DNA of 64,000 bases from an uncultured Bdellovibrionales bacterium (GCA_964605525.1 CAZSCV010000002.1:69888-133887); one strand, 5' to 3'; positions 10,825-20,418 are shown, counted from the first letter of the stretch. The notes: generated by a model not told the origin, from the letters alone. Made by a program: numbers and translations.

Positions 10825-13437
10825 ATGAATATAAACAAATTTACAAGCAGAAGTCAGGAGGCTCTGCGGATGGCGCAAGAAAAAGCTTTGTCATATAACC
10901 AGCAACAAGTAGATGTCTTGCATCTGCTTGTTGTTTTAATCGGACAAAATGATTCGGTGGTTCCAGTTGTTTTCAGAAAGATGGAAATTAATATTGAGGA
11001 ACTTTCAATTTGGCTCACGGGGGAAATTGAGAAGCTTCCCAAAGCCCCAGGGGGAATAATCGGGCAGATTTTTGTCAGTCAAATGCTAGTTGAGGTTTTG
11101 GATCAAGCAGAAAAGGAAATGAGAATAATAAAAGACGAATTTATTTCTACCGAGCATCTTCTTTTGGCGATTTTGGCTGTTGGTAATACAGCCGGTAAAG
11201 AATTGGAGCGCAGGGGCGTGAGTCGAGAAAGAGTTTTAGAAATACTTTCTGAGGTTCGTGGCAGTCAAAAAGTCGATAGCCCGGAACCGGAAGGAAAATT
11301 CCAATCTTTGGAAAAATATGCAATCAATTTGACTCGCCTGGCAAAAGAAGAAAAGCTCGACCCTGTTATCGGAAGAGATACTGAAATCCGCAGGGTTATT
11401 CAGGTCTTAAGCCGAAGAACAAAAAATAATCCGGTTTTAATCGGAGAGGCGGGTACCGGAAAAACTGCCATCGTTGAAGGTCTGGCACAAAGAATCGTTT
11501 CTGGTGATATTCCGGAAAATCTTCGAGATAAGGAATTGATTAGTTTGGATTTGGGGGCGCTTTTAGCGGGAGCCAAATTTCGAGGAGAATTCGAAGAAAG
11601 ACTTAAGGCAATTTTGAAAGAAATTGAAAGTTCATCCGGAAGGTATATTGTTTTTATCGATGAGTTGCATACGCTGGTGGGGGCGGGAGCTGCTGATGGA
11701 GCGCTGGATGCGTCAAATATGCTCAAACCTGTGCTTGCGCGCGGTAAAATGAAAACAATCGGAGCAACTACAACTAAGGAGTATCAAAGATATATCGAAA
11801 AAGATGCCGCTTTGGAAAGAAGATTCCAGCCGGTTCAAGTTCTGGAGCCTTCCATTGAAGATGCGGTAGCTATTTTGCGCGGCATTAAAGAAAAATATGA
11901 AATCCATCACGGAGTAAAAATTACCGACGAGGCAATTTTGGCGGCGGTTAATCTGTCGGTTAGATATATTAGCGATCGTTTTTTGCCGGACAAGGCAGTT
12001 GATTTAATTGATGAAGCGGCTTCTTCCTTGAAAATAGAAATTGATTCAATGCCGGCAGAAATTGATCAGATGGAAAGAGATATCCGTCGCTTGGAAATTG
12101 AGAGAAAGGGATTGGAAAAAGAAAAAGACGGAAAGAATCGAAAAAAAATCAGCGTTATTGCCAAAGAACTGGCCAATCTTCAAGAAAAATCAAAGAAAAT
12201 AAGCTTGCAATGGAAATCGGAAAGAGATCTCATTATGATTATTCGAAAGCAAAAAAAGGAAGTTGAACGCCTCAAATCGGAAGCGGATGTTTTGGAAAGG
12301 CAAGGGCAATTGGATAAGGTTGCTGAAATCCAGTATGGAAAAATTCCGGAAATTGAAAAAAAGATAAAGCAAGAAGGTATAAAATTAAATCATATTCAAA
12401 AAGATGGTGGGATGCTCAAGGAAGAAATAGATGCAAATGATATCGCAAAAGTAGTTTCCCAATGGACGAATATTCCGGCTTCGAAAATGCTTCAAGGCGA
12501 GGTGGAAAAATTAATTAATGCAGAAAAGGAATTGGGAAAAAGAGTCGTTGGACAGGAGGAGGCGATAATCTCCGTGTCTAACGCGATCAGGAGGTCGAGG
12601 GCGGGTATTGCGGAAGAAAACAGACCGATTGGTTCATTTATATTCCTAGGTCCCACTGGTGTCGGAAAAACCGAGTTGGCAAAATCTTTAACCGAGTTGC
12701 TTTTTAATGACGAAAAATCATTAGTCAGATTGGATATGAGCGAATATATGGAATCTCATTCGGCGGCGAAAATTATCGGTTCTCCTCCCGGTTATGTTGG
12801 ATATGAAGAAGGAGGACAGTTGACGGAAATTATTAGAAGAAAACCTTTCAGTGTTATTTTATTTGATGAAATTGAAAAAGCTCATCCCCAAGTTTTCAAC
12901 ATACTTTTGCAAATTCTTGATGATGGTCGGCTTACAGATGCAAAAGGTCGGATGGTAAATTTCAAAAATACGGTAATAATAATGACTTCCAATATCGGAT
13001 CGGATTTGATTTATCAAATGCAGGAGGTTGGATTTAGGCATGGAAAGAAAAAAAACAAAGTAGATGAAAAAGAGATACGTGAAAAGATAATGCAGAATTT
13101 GCGCAGCAATTTTAAGCCGGAGTTCTTGAATCGTCTTGATGATATCATAATTTTCCATCCATTGGATAAAAAAATATTGGAAAAAATCGTAAGTATACAA
13201 CTTAAAAAGGTCCAAAAAAGGCTGGGAGAGAAGAATATTGTTATTAACTTTTCTGACGAGGTAAAAAAATATCTCACCGAAAAAGGCTATGATCCGGTCT
13301 ACGGAGCAAGGCCCTTGAAACGGGTTATTCAAACTGAAATTTTGAATGAGTTGGCACTTTGGATAATTGAGGGTAAGATAAAGGAGGGAGCAGTTGTAAA
13401 TGCGAAATTTGCGAAAGGTCGGATAATTTTCCAATAA
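10825..13437 (+). CDS. clpB: ATP-dependent chaperone ClpB
   Basis: Two AAA+ modules (GEAGTGKTA and GPTGVGKTE Walker A), middle coiled-coil, Clp N-domain. Confidence 0.92.
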   Translation: MNINKFTSRSQEALRMAQEKALSYNQQQVDVLHLLVVLIGQNDSVVPVVFRKMEINIEELSIWLTGEIEKLPKAPGGIIGQIFVSQMLVEVLDQAEKEMRIIKDEFISTEHLLLAILAVGNTAGKELERRGVSRERVLEILSEVRGSQKVDSPEPEGKFQSLEKYAINLTRLAKEEKLDPVIGRDTEIRRVIQVLSRRTKNNPVLIGEAGTGKTAIVEGLAQRIVSGDIPENLRDKELISLDLGALLAGAKFRGEFEERLKAILKEIESSSGRYIVFIDELHTLVGAGAADGALDASNMLKPVLARGKMKTIGATTTKEYQRYIEKDAALERRFQPVQVLEPSIEDAVAILRGIKEKYEIHHGVKITDEAILAAVNLSVRYISDRFLPDKAVDLIDEAASSLKIEIDSMPAEIDQMERDIRRLEIERKGLEKEKDGKNRKKISVIAKELANLQEKSKKISLQWKSERDLIMIIRKQKKEVERLKSEADVLERQGQLDKVAEIQYGKIPEIEKKIKQEGIKLNHIQKDGGMLKEEIDANDIAKVVSQWTNIPASKMLQGEVEKLINAEKELGKRVVGQEEAIISVSNAIRRSRAGIAEENRPIGSFIFLGPTGVGKTELAKSLTELLFNDEKSLVRLDMSEYMESHSAAKIIGSPPGYVGYEEGGQLTEIIRRKPFSVILFDEIEKAHPQVFNILLQILDDGRLTDAKGRMVNFKNTVIIMTSNIGSDLIYQMQEVGFRHGKKKNKVDEKEIREKIMQNLRSNFKPEFLNRLDDIIIFHPLDKKILEKIVSIQLKKVQKRLGEKNIVINFSDEVKKYLTEKGYDPVYGARPLKRVIQTEILNELALWIIEGKIKEGAVVNAKFAKGRIIFQ

Positions 13438-13452
13438 AATAACAATAACATT

Positions 13453-14190
13453 GTGTTTTTTCATTTTCAATCATTTATTTTTTCTCTGATTTTTGCATTA
13501 GGATTGGAACTTATTGCCTTAAAGCAAGAGTCGTTTTTTTACGTCTTGTTTTTCTTGATTTTTCTTTCGTTTTGGGCTAATCAAAAAATTTATCGGAAGA
13601 TTTCTTTCGCGGTTATTCCCATCCTTTTTTCACTGTCATCAATGCTGATGTTATATTTGATCGATCAAAGCGTTGAGAAACAAGTTTTCATCGCACTCAG
13701 TTTCTTTATGTATTATTTGACGTTTTTGAGCGCGTGTCGTATAAGAAGGTATAAATTGGACCAAACAGCGAGGGGATTGCTGGCGGCTTCCTTGATGGTG
13801 ACAATTTTTTTCTTTTATACTTCGGTTTATGGAGTTTATTTGAATTTTGCAATCTCGCTTTGGTTTTTAATGGCAGTTTTTTTAGTAGCAACTTTTCTGG
13901 CAAGCTACCAATATCTGGAAATAATCAATTTGGAAAAAATGTCAGTTTGGAAATATAGCGTAATATTGGGGTTGATTATGTCGGAAATTTCCTGGGTGGT
14001 AAATTTTTGGCCGTTTGGATATCTGACGACTGGCGTAATCCTGTTAATATTCTATTATATAATATGGGATATTATCCAGAGTTATTTCTTGAAATTGCTT
14101 TCCAAAAAAAGAGTTGTCGCGAATATGGTGTTTTTTAGTTTGTTAATAGGAATAATATTGCTTAGTTCAAGATGGCTTCCGAATGTTTAA
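13453..14190 (+). CDS. hypothetical polytopic membrane protein
   Basis: 6-7 hydrophobic helices; no family recognised. Confidence 0.45.
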   Translation: MFFHFQSFIFSLIFALGLELIALKQESFFYVLFFLIFLSFWANQKIYRKISFAVIPILFSLSSMLMLYLIDQSVEKQVFIALSFFMYYLTFLSACRIRRYKLDQTARGLLAASLMVTIFFFYTSVYGVYLNFAISLWFLMAVFLVATFLASYQYLEIINLEKMSVWKYSVILGLIMSEISWVVNFWPFGYLTTGVILLIFYYIIWDIIQSYFLKLLSKKRVVANMVFFSLLIGIILLSSRWLPNV

Positions 14191-14223
14191 GTCTAAATTT
14201 TAATTTAAATAATATTAAAAAAT

Positions 14224-15372
14224 ATGGATAATGAAACTGGTAATTCCGGAAAAAATAAATTCTTCAAATTTATTTTTCTAGTGGCAATGATTTTTGTAAT
14301 CGGTGGGGTGGGGGGTGCTTTTATCGACCGCTATCTTTTTCCTGAATTGTCCCAATATCCATTTTTTTCCAAATGTGCTTTTTTGCGCAAGGCAAATGAA
14401 AGCGTTACGATTATTGAAAAAACTGAACAGGTTATGGTAAAGGAAGATGATTCTATCCAGAAAATAATCTCCCGTCCAAGTTCCGGAATGGTCAATATCT
14501 TGTCTGTTGGAAAAGATGGAACAAGTAAAAATGGCTCAGGATTTGTAGTTGCCAGCGACGGCTTGATTATTACGTATGCGGATGCGATTTTAACAGACAG
14601 CGATTCATACAAAATTTTTATCTTTGACGGCTCTGAATATTCCGCTGATTTGGTTGGCATAGATAAGTATTCAAATTTGGCGTATTTCCGAATTCAGAAA
14701 TCAAACCTTCCGGTGGTTTCTTTTTCAAATTCCGACGAAATAAATATCGGAAAGAAAGTGATTCTTTTGGGAAATTCCAGTGCGGAGTATCAAAATCAAA
14801 TAAGCGCGGAAACCGTAAAGTCGTTTGAAAACAATTTTAATTTAGCAGGAAAGGCGATGTCTTTCTCTGACAAGCTTGAAGGAGTATTTGAAATTGGAGC
14901 GGAAGCTTCCGATCATTTTGTCGGCGGACCGGCAGTTGATTATAATGGCGACGTCATCGGCTTGATTGGAAAAATAAAAATCGATAATTCGAATAAATAT
15001 TTTATTATTCCTTCAAATGAAATCAACCGCTCAATAGATCTGATAATTGCAAAAAAAATCGATACACGGGCCACGTTGGGAATTTACTATATTTCCCTGA
15101 ATAAATCATATTCTTTCGCCAATGATATTAAACAGGAAAAAGGAGCATATATTTTTTCTCCATCCGGACGAAAAAGTCCGATGATTTTATCCGGTTCCAA
15201 AGGAGAGGAGGCAAAGTTTATGCTCGGGGATATTATTATTTCTGTCGATGGAAAAGAAATAAATTCCAACAACCCTTTGTCTGAAATCATCAGTCATTAC
15301 CAAATAGGAGAAAAAGCGAATTTTCATATTCTCCGGGCAGAAAAAGAAATGGACATTGAAGTAGTTTTCTGA
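14224..15372 (+). CDS. trypsin-like serine protease with PDZ-like C-terminus (divergent HtrA paralog)
   Basis: NGSGFVVASDGLIITYADAI and HFVGGPAVDYNGDVIGLIG resemble the S1C catalytic core. N-terminal TM. Confidence 0.55.
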   Translation: MDNETGNSGKNKFFKFIFLVAMIFVIGGVGGAFIDRYLFPELSQYPFFSKCAFLRKANESVTIIEKTEQVMVKEDDSIQKIISRPSSGMVNILSVGKDGTSKNGSGFVVASDGLIITYADAILTDSDSYKIFIFDGSEYSADLVGIDKYSNLAYFRIQKSNLPVVSFSNSDEINIGKKVILLGNSSAEYQNQISAETVKSFENNFNLAGKAMSFSDKLEGVFEIGAEASDHFVGGPAVDYNGDVIGLIGKIKIDNSNKYFIIPSNEINRSIDLIIAKKIDTRATLGIYYISLNKSYSFANDIKQEKGAYIFSPSGRKSPMILSGSKGEEAKFMLGDIIISVDGKEINSNNPLSEIISHYQIGEKANFHILRAEKEMDIEVVF

Positions 15373-15446
15373 CGATTATTTGCCAAATAGCTGTAAAAAA
15401 ATCGCCCCAGCAGTGGAGCGATTTTTTTTATGAAAGTTTTTTGCGG

Positions 15447-15749
15447 TTATTTCTTTTTTGGCTTGGCTTTCTTTTCTTCTTTTTTTGCGGTTTCTTTTGG
15501 CGCCTTTTTTTCTTTTTTGGCTTCGGCCGCTTCCGCTTTTTTGGCTGCTGATTTTTCTGCTAATTTCTTGAAACGGTCAACTCGTCCGGTAGTGTCTATG
15601 GTTTTTTTCTTTCCGGAAAAAAACGGATGGCAACTGGAGCAAATTTCAACTTCCATATTTTTGACAGTCGCACCGGCTTCCAAAACCGCTCCGCAAGCGC
15701 AAGTAATCTTGGCATCAGTGAAGTATTTCGGATGTATGTTCTTTTTCAT
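15447..15749 (-). CDS. rpmE: 50S ribosomal protein L31 with about 30-aa Lys/Ala-rich C-terminal extension
   Basis: MKKNIHPKY...CaCG...[12 protein letters not shown]...GRVDRF is canonical L31, followed by [31 protein letters not shown]. Confidence 0.85.
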   Translation of the reverse strand: MKKNIHPKYFTDAKITCACGAVLEAGATVKNMEVEICSSCHPFFSGKKKTIDTTGRVDRFKKLAEKSAAKKAEAAEAKKEKKAPKETAKKEEKKAKPKKK

Positions 15750-15812
15750 GATTTTTTAGATGAAAATTATTAGTTTTTAATTACCCAAATAGACTAGCAT
15801 AAAGATTTACAA

Positions 15813-15840
15813 TTGACAAGGGTCCCGTATCTGCTATACT
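15813..15840 (+). promoter_or_regulatory. sigma70-like promoter TTGACA-16-TATACT upstream of rpsB leader
   Basis: Near-consensus -35/-10 hexamers with 16-nt spacer. Confidence 0.55.
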
Positions 15841-16000
15841 GTTAGACATGCCCGCGTGCGGGCAAATATACATATTTTCCCTTAATCTCTTCCTGTTTAG
15901 CGGCCCCGAGTGGCGCTGAATGTGAGATTGTAAACAAGGGATTATAGACGTTTTTCTTGGAATTTTCCAAGAAAATTAATTAATTTAAAAAAGGAAAAAA

Positions 16001-16774
16001 ATGACCACAAAGGAAAAAAAGGCCGAAAAGGCTATTCAAGACGAGAGCGTCAAAGAAGCAAAAAAAACAACCAGTGATTTTTTTGCTGATTTTAATTTGG
16101 GAGAGTTGAAAATGAGTATGGAAGAAATGCTCAAAGCGGGAGTTCATTTCGGACACAAAAAAGCCAGAAAGGATCCGCGGATGGAAGAATATATTTATGG
16201 AACCAAAAAAGGCGTAAATATCATCGATTTGCAGGCGACTCAAGAAAATTTGGAACGGGCGCTGGCGTTTATTGAAGATATCAAGAAAAGCGGAAAGAAA
16301 ATTCTTTTTATCGGAACAAAGAAGCAATCCCGAGATCTCGTAAAATCAGCCGCGAAAAGATGCCAGATGCCATATGTTATCGAAAGATGGCTCGGAGGGA
16401 CATTTACCAATTTTTCAAACATAAAGAAAAGAACTCGATATTTGAAAGATCTTGAAGGTCAAATTGAATCAGGAGAATTGAAAAAATATACCAAATTCGA
16501 ACAATCAAAGAAAAAGGAAGAAGCGGAAAAACTTGAACGAAGAATGGGAGGAATAAAAGAAATGACGGAATTGCCGGCAGCAATTTTTGCAACGGATGTG
16601 AATGAAGACAGTCTTGCAATTCGTGAAGCGATAAAAATGGGCATTCCAGTTGTTGCTTTGGTGGATACCAATGTCAATCCCGCTCAGGCCAATTATCCTA
16701 TTCCATCTAATGATGACGCGGTTTCATCTTTAAAATTGATGCTTGGATATGTTTGCCGGGTGCTGGAAAAATAG
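16001..16774 (+). CDS. rpsB: 30S ribosomal protein S2 (with about 37-aa Lys/Glu-rich N-terminal extension; alternative start at 16112)
   Basis: LKAGVHFGHKKARKDPRM core and full-length S2 architecture. GGAGAG lies 8 nt before the internal ATG at 16112, so a shorter canonical form is also possible. Confidence 0.88.
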   Translation: MTTKEKKAEKAIQDESVKEAKKTTSDFFADFNLGELKMSMEEMLKAGVHFGHKKARKDPRMEEYIYGTKKGVNIIDLQATQENLERALAFIEDIKKSGKKILFIGTKKQSRDLVKSAAKRCQMPYVIERWLGGTFTNFSNIKKRTRYLKDLEGQIESGELKKYTKFEQSKKKEEAEKLERRMGGIKEMTELPAAIFATDVNEDSLAIREAIKMGIPVVALVDTNVNPAQANYPIPSNDDAVSSLKLMLGYVCRVLEK

Positions 16775-16811
16775 TTATTGGCAAAAAATAAAAATTAAGA
16801 AGTGAAAAAAT

Positions 16812-17393
16812 ATGAGTTTGGAATTAGTAAAAAAAATAAGAGAAAAAACAGGAGCAGGAATGGTTGATATTAAAAATGCTATTGATGAGGCAGGCGGGAA
16901 TGAAGAGAAGGCGATTGAAATTTTGCGAAAGAAAGGGCAAAGCAAGGCAGCGAAAAAATCAGGACGCCAGGTAAAGGAAGGAATTATTGCTTGCTATATT
17001 CATTCAAATGGAAAAATCGGATCAATGGTGAAATTATATTGTGAAACTGATTTTGTCGCGCGCAATGAAGAATTTGTGAATCTGGCAAAGGATATCGCAA
17101 TGCATATTAGCGCAATGGATCCGAAGTTTTCTTCTCCCGAAGAAGTGCCGGCAGAACTTGTCGCGAAAGAAAGAGATATTTGGAATGAACAAATGAAAGG
17201 AGAAAATAAGCCTGAAGATATTTTGAAAAAAATTCTCGAAGGAAAAGAAAAGAAATTCCGGGAAGAAATGTCGCTTTTAACACAATCATTCATCAAGCAG
17301 CCGGAAAAGTCCGTCGGCGAACTGGTAAATGAAAAAATTGGTAAAATAGGAGAAAATATTCAGATCGGAGAGTTCGTTCGTTATGAAATGTAG
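16812..17393 (+). CDS. tsf: elongation factor Ts (short form)
   Basis: LVKKIREKTGAGMVDIKNAIDEAGGNEEKAIEILRKKG N-terminal UBA-like domain plus TDFVARNEEF. Confidence 0.88.
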   Translation: MSLELVKKIREKTGAGMVDIKNAIDEAGGNEEKAIEILRKKGQSKAAKKSGRQVKEGIIACYIHSNGKIGSMVKLYCETDFVARNEEFVNLAKDIAMHISAMDPKFSSPEEVPAELVAKERDIWNEQMKGENKPEDILKKILEGKEKKFREEMSLLTQSFIKQPEKSVGELVNEKIGKIGENIQIGEFVRYEM

Positions 17394-17424
17394 GCATTTT
17401 TTTTTGGTAACCTCAAATTGAACT

Positions 17425-18201
17425 ATGTTTAAATATCTAGTTAAGCTGTATGATTGGGAAAATCCCCGGCTTTGTTCCAGTAGCGCTGAATTTTCTACCG
17501 GAGATAAGGTGATAGTCAGTTCTGATTTTGGAAATGATCTAGGTGTGATTTTTGATTCCAAAGTTGAAACAAAAGACGAGCCGACAAATGCCATCGTGCG
17601 AAAAGCCACACCTCGAGATCTCGAAGTTTTCAATGAAAACGGCAGGAAAAAAGTGGAAATCATCAAGACCTGCCAAGAGGAAATTCACAAAGAAAAACTT
17701 GAAATGAAATTGATTGACGCGCATATTACTTTAGGCAAAGGTAATATTCTTATTGTCTTTACGGCAGATGGAAGAGTTGATTTTCGCGATTTGGTAAAAA
17801 ATCTTTCAGGTTCTTTCCATCGAAGCGTGAGGATGCAGCAAATCGGTTCACGGGATGAGGCCAGGAAACTTGGGGGATGCGGTATCTGCGGAAAAGAACT
17901 TTGTTGTACACGTTTTTCCGGAAACTTGCCAAGTATCTCAACCGAAATGGCAAAAATTCAGCAGATTTCCCATCGCGGGTCAGATCGAATATCCGGACTT
18001 TGCGGTCGATTGATGTGCTGTCTTTCATATGAAGTGGATCAATACCGGGAATTATTAAAAGGTATGCCTGAAATGCATAGTATCGTTAAGACGGAAAAAG
18101 GAAAAGGGCTGGTTATTGAAATAAACGCACTGATTCAGAAAATAAAAATAAAGTTGGATGACGGGCAAATAATAACTGTTGAAAAAAAAGAAATAAAATA
18201 A
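17425..18201 (+). CDS. PSP1 C-terminal domain protein (YaaT/RicT-like)
   Basis: Paired Cys motifs GCGICGKELCCTRF and GLCGRLMCCLSYE typical of PSP1/RicT. Confidence 0.75.
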   Translation: MFKYLVKLYDWENPRLCSSSAEFSTGDKVIVSSDFGNDLGVIFDSKVETKDEPTNAIVRKATPRDLEVFNENGRKKVEIIKTCQEEIHKEKLEMKLIDAHITLGKGNILIVFTADGRVDFRDLVKNLSGSFHRSVRMQQIGSRDEARKLGGCGICGKELCCTRFSGNLPSISTEMAKIQQISHRGSDRISGLCGRLMCCLSYEVDQYRELLKGMPEMHSIVKTEKGKGLVIEINALIQKIKIKLDDGQIITVEKKEIK

Positions 18202-19007
18202 TGTCTTACTTATATTTAATTATTCCACCGGTTGTAATTATTATCAGTTTGTCAATTCTGCTTGTTTTGGTGTCTCGTCGATCTGGAAAAATCCTTGCGG
18301 AAAAAGAAAGAGGGGAAGGCGGTGGCATGACGGATGGAAATGGGAAAAGAAAGAGCGCCCTGGAGAATGGAGCGAGTGGATTTAATCGGTTTTTTTTACG
18401 CATATTGGAAAAGGTTGCCCATAATTTCAAAATTTTTTCATTAAAAATCCACAATTTGGTTGAAATATGGTTGCATAATATCAAAGAAAAAAGAGCAAGA
18501 ACCCAAAAGGAGTCTGTGATTAAAGAAAATCGCGAAGAAAAGATGATCAAAGATGGAAGCGTTTCTGCTTATCGGGGCGCAGAGGTGAAATCCGCGAAAA
18601 AAATGATGAGTTTTTCCAGATTTGGAAGAATAACAAAAGACGCGGTAATGGAATCACCAAAAGGAATGGTTATAAATGAGATAAGAAAAGAAAAAAAGGA
18701 CGCTAAGGAAATTTTCGTGCAATCGGAAGAGAAAAGAGCCAAGGGACCAATGGTTAGCCGAGCGGCGGTCTATCCTGAAGCGGTTAAAATGGAAAGAAAA
18801 GATGAATTGGAGGAAATTTTGATTGAAAGAATTGCATCAGATCCCCGGGATGTGGAAGCGTATGAGCGGTTGGGGGATTATTACTATGACCGAAGAAATA
18901 CCCGGGACGCGGTTGATTGTTATAAGCAAGTATTGAAGCTCAGTCCGGTTAATCGGGCGATCCGGGTGAAACTGCGGAGAGCAGAAAGAAGCCTCCGGAG
19001 CCTATGA
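18201..19007 (+). CDS. hypothetical membrane-anchored protein with C-terminal TPR-like repeat
   Basis: N-terminal TM; C-terminal AYERLGDYYYDRRNTRDAVDCYKQVLKLSP TPR-like unit. Confidence 0.45.
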   Translation: MSYLYLIIPPVVIIISLSILLVLVSRRSGKILAEKERGEGGGMTDGNGKRKSALENGASGFNRFFLRILEKVAHNFKIFSLKIHNLVEIWLHNIKEKRARTQKESVIKENREEKMIKDGSVSAYRGAEVKSAKKMMSFSRFGRITKDAVMESPKGMVINEIRKEKKDAKEIFVQSEEKRAKGPMVSRAAVYPEAVKMERKDELEEILIERIASDPRDVEAYERLGDYYYDRRNTRDAVDCYKQVLKLSPVNRAIRVKLRRAERSLRSL

Positions 19008-19017
19008 TGCGCAAAGT

Positions 19018-19045
19018 TTGATTTTATCCGCAATACGTGTATAAT
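19018..19045 (+). promoter_or_regulatory. sigma70-like promoter TTGATT-16-TATAAT for tRNA cluster
   Basis: Hexamers with 16-nt spacer about 30 nt upstream of the first tRNA. Confidence 0.5.
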
Positions 19046-19076
19046 AAAGAAGTTTTGAGCGGATATTTTAATTAAT

Positions 19077-19149
19077 GCCACCTTAGCTCAGCTGGTAGAG
19101 CGGCTGTTTTGTAAACAGCGGGTCGTCGGTTCAAGTCCGGCAGGTGGCT
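19077..19149 (+). tRNA. tRNA-Thr (anticodon UGU)
   Basis: Cloverleaf folded by hand: acceptor GCCACCT/AGGTGGC, D arm GCTCAGCTGGTAGAGC, anticodon stem GCTGT/ACAGC with loop TTTGTAA, T arm GTCGGTTCAAGTCCGGC. No encoded CCA. Confidence 0.85.
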
Positions 19150-19176
19150 CAGGGTTGAAAATTGAATAGATAAAAT

Positions 19177-19259
19177 GGGTCGGTGGCAGAGCGGTCAAAT
19201 GCATCAGACTGTAAATCTGACGTCTTCGGACTTCGGGGGTTCGATTCCCTCCCGGCCCA
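19177..19259 (+). tRNA. tRNA-Tyr (anticodon GUA; type II, long variable arm)
   Basis: Acceptor GGGTCGG/CCGGCCC, anticodon loop CTGTAAA, long variable arm CGTCTTCGGACTTCG, T loop TTCGATT. Confidence 0.8.
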
Positions 19260-19359
19260 CTTCGACTTATTGAGTAAATTAGGATCAAGTCGATAGACTA
19301 GTTATGTTTCACAATGGAGTAGATTTTTTATTGTATCTTTTTGTGCTAATATAGTTTAC

Positions 19360-19950
19360 ATGAAGATAACAAAAGAAAAATTAGAACATTATTATTTTGC
19401 AAAAAAAATGTCGGTCAAAGAAATGACTAATGTTTTTATAAGAAGTGAAACATGTATTAGTTATTGGATGAAAAAATATGGAATAAAGAAAAGAACGATA
19501 AGCGAATCTGTATATTTAAAAAATAATCCGAATGGTGATCCATTTAAGATAAGGAAGGATTTAAACAGTGAGTTGACGGAATTAAAAGGAATAGGTATAG
19601 GGTTATATTGGGGTGAGGGAAACAAACGAAATAAAAATTCTATAAAAATTGGGAATACTGACCCAGCGTTAATAAAAAAATTTATAGAATTTTTAGTAAA
19701 AATTTTAGGAGTAAAAAGAAAAAATATACGTTTTTCTTTGCAGGTTTTTAGTGATATGAATTCAGAAAAAGCCAAGAGATATTGGTTAGAAGAATTAAAA
19801 GTTGACCCTGCGCAATTTTCAAAAAAAATAACCATAACTCATTCCGGAAAAGTCGGTAATTATAAAAGAAAAACGCAATACGGTGTTCTCACGATGTATT
19901 ATCACAATACAAAGTTGAGAAATATTTTAATTGCAATGTTGCCGTTGTAG
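19360..19950 (+). CDS. free-standing putative LAGLIDADG-like homing endonuclease (N-terminal HTH-like segment)
   Basis: GIGLYWGEGNK followed by ALIKKFIEFLVKILGV resembles the LAGLIDADG helix plus the following scaffold helix (compare I-CreI LAGFVDGDGS...LDKLVDEIGVG). Sits between two tRNA genes, and its last 10 nt overlap the 5' end of the intron-containing tRNA. Assignment is by motif only. Confidence 0.35.
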   Translation: MKITKEKLEHYYFAKKMSVKEMTNVFIRSETCISYWMKKYGIKKRTISESVYLKNNPNGDPFKIRKDLNSELTELKGIGIGLYWGEGNKRNKNSIKIGNTDPALIKKFIEFLVKILGVKRKNIRFSLQVFSDMNSEKAKRYWLEELKVDPAQFSKKITITHSGKVGNYKRKTQYGVLTMYYHNTKLRNILIAMLPL

Positions 19951-20213
19951 CTCAGTTGGTAGAGCACATCCATGGTAAATTAAAAACTGCCCATTGATTA
20001 GGAAACTTTTCATTGAATCCCGAATAACGGTTAAAGACCTAGCACGAGGTTCAGACCGTGGCGAAATTTTCGCCCGAACGACTGACAAGGGGGACTAAGT
20101 CTTTGGAATACATTGATATGTTCAATATACAGTCTAGTTCTCTTATATAGGTGTTTTAAAAAAAAGAGATAGCAATGAAGGATGAGGTCCGCGGTCCGAT
20201 TCCGCGCAACGGC
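19941..20213 (+). tRNA. tRNA-Thr (anticodon GGU) gene interrupted in the anticodon loop: exon 1 at 19941-19976, exon 2 at 20177-20213
   Basis: Exon 1 is GCCGTTG TA GCTCAGTTGGTAGAGC A CATCC ATGGT. Exon 2 is AA GGATG AGGTC CGCGGTCCGATTCCGCG CAACGGC T. Acceptor stem 7/7 and anticodon stem CATCC/GGATG 5/5. Joined loop is ATGGTAA (U33, A37). Confidence 0.75.
19977..20176 (+). mobile_element. group I-like intron (200 nt) in tRNA-Thr(GGU) anticodon loop, inserted after nt 36
   Basis: 5' exon ends in U and the intron ends in G (omega-G). R-like element CGAACGACUGACA and S-like element AUAUACAGUCUAG can form P7 (GACUG/CAGUC). Size is comparable to the 205-nt Azoarcus tRNA-Ile intron. The P1/IGS pairing is only partly resolved by eye. 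Confidence 0.6.
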
Positions 20214-20256
20214 TCAGAGGAAGGTAAATATGTTAATATGTTAAAATGTAAAATAT

Positions 20257-20418
20257 TATGGCAAAGACAAAGGAAAATCTGGTTAAATTCAAATGCAATG
20301 AGTGCAAAAAAATAACTCATTATTCTAATCGTAACAAAAAGAAATTGAAAGAGAAATTGGAAATGAAAAAATATTGCAAATTCTGCAAAAAGCATACTCT
20401 GCACAAGGAAGCGAAATA
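20257..20418 (+). CDS. rpmG: 50S ribosomal protein L33 (zinc-ribbon type)
   Basis: MAKTKENLVKFKCNECKKITHYSNRNKKKLKEKLEMKKYCKFCKKHTLHKEAK has the CxxC...CxxC L33 signature. Below the ORF-track size cutoff. Confidence 0.85.

Noticed and set aside
12859-13470. 203-aa minus-strand ORF
   Set aside because: It overlaps the 3' end of clpB and the start of the following membrane-protein gene. It is an AT-rich low-complexity translation.
14331-15290. Minus-strand ORFs 14331..14660 and 15087..15290
   Set aside because: They are antisense to the trypsin-like protease gene.
19088-19288. 66-aa minus-strand ORF
   Set aside because: It lies antisense across the tRNA-Thr and tRNA-Tyr genes, a classic artifact.
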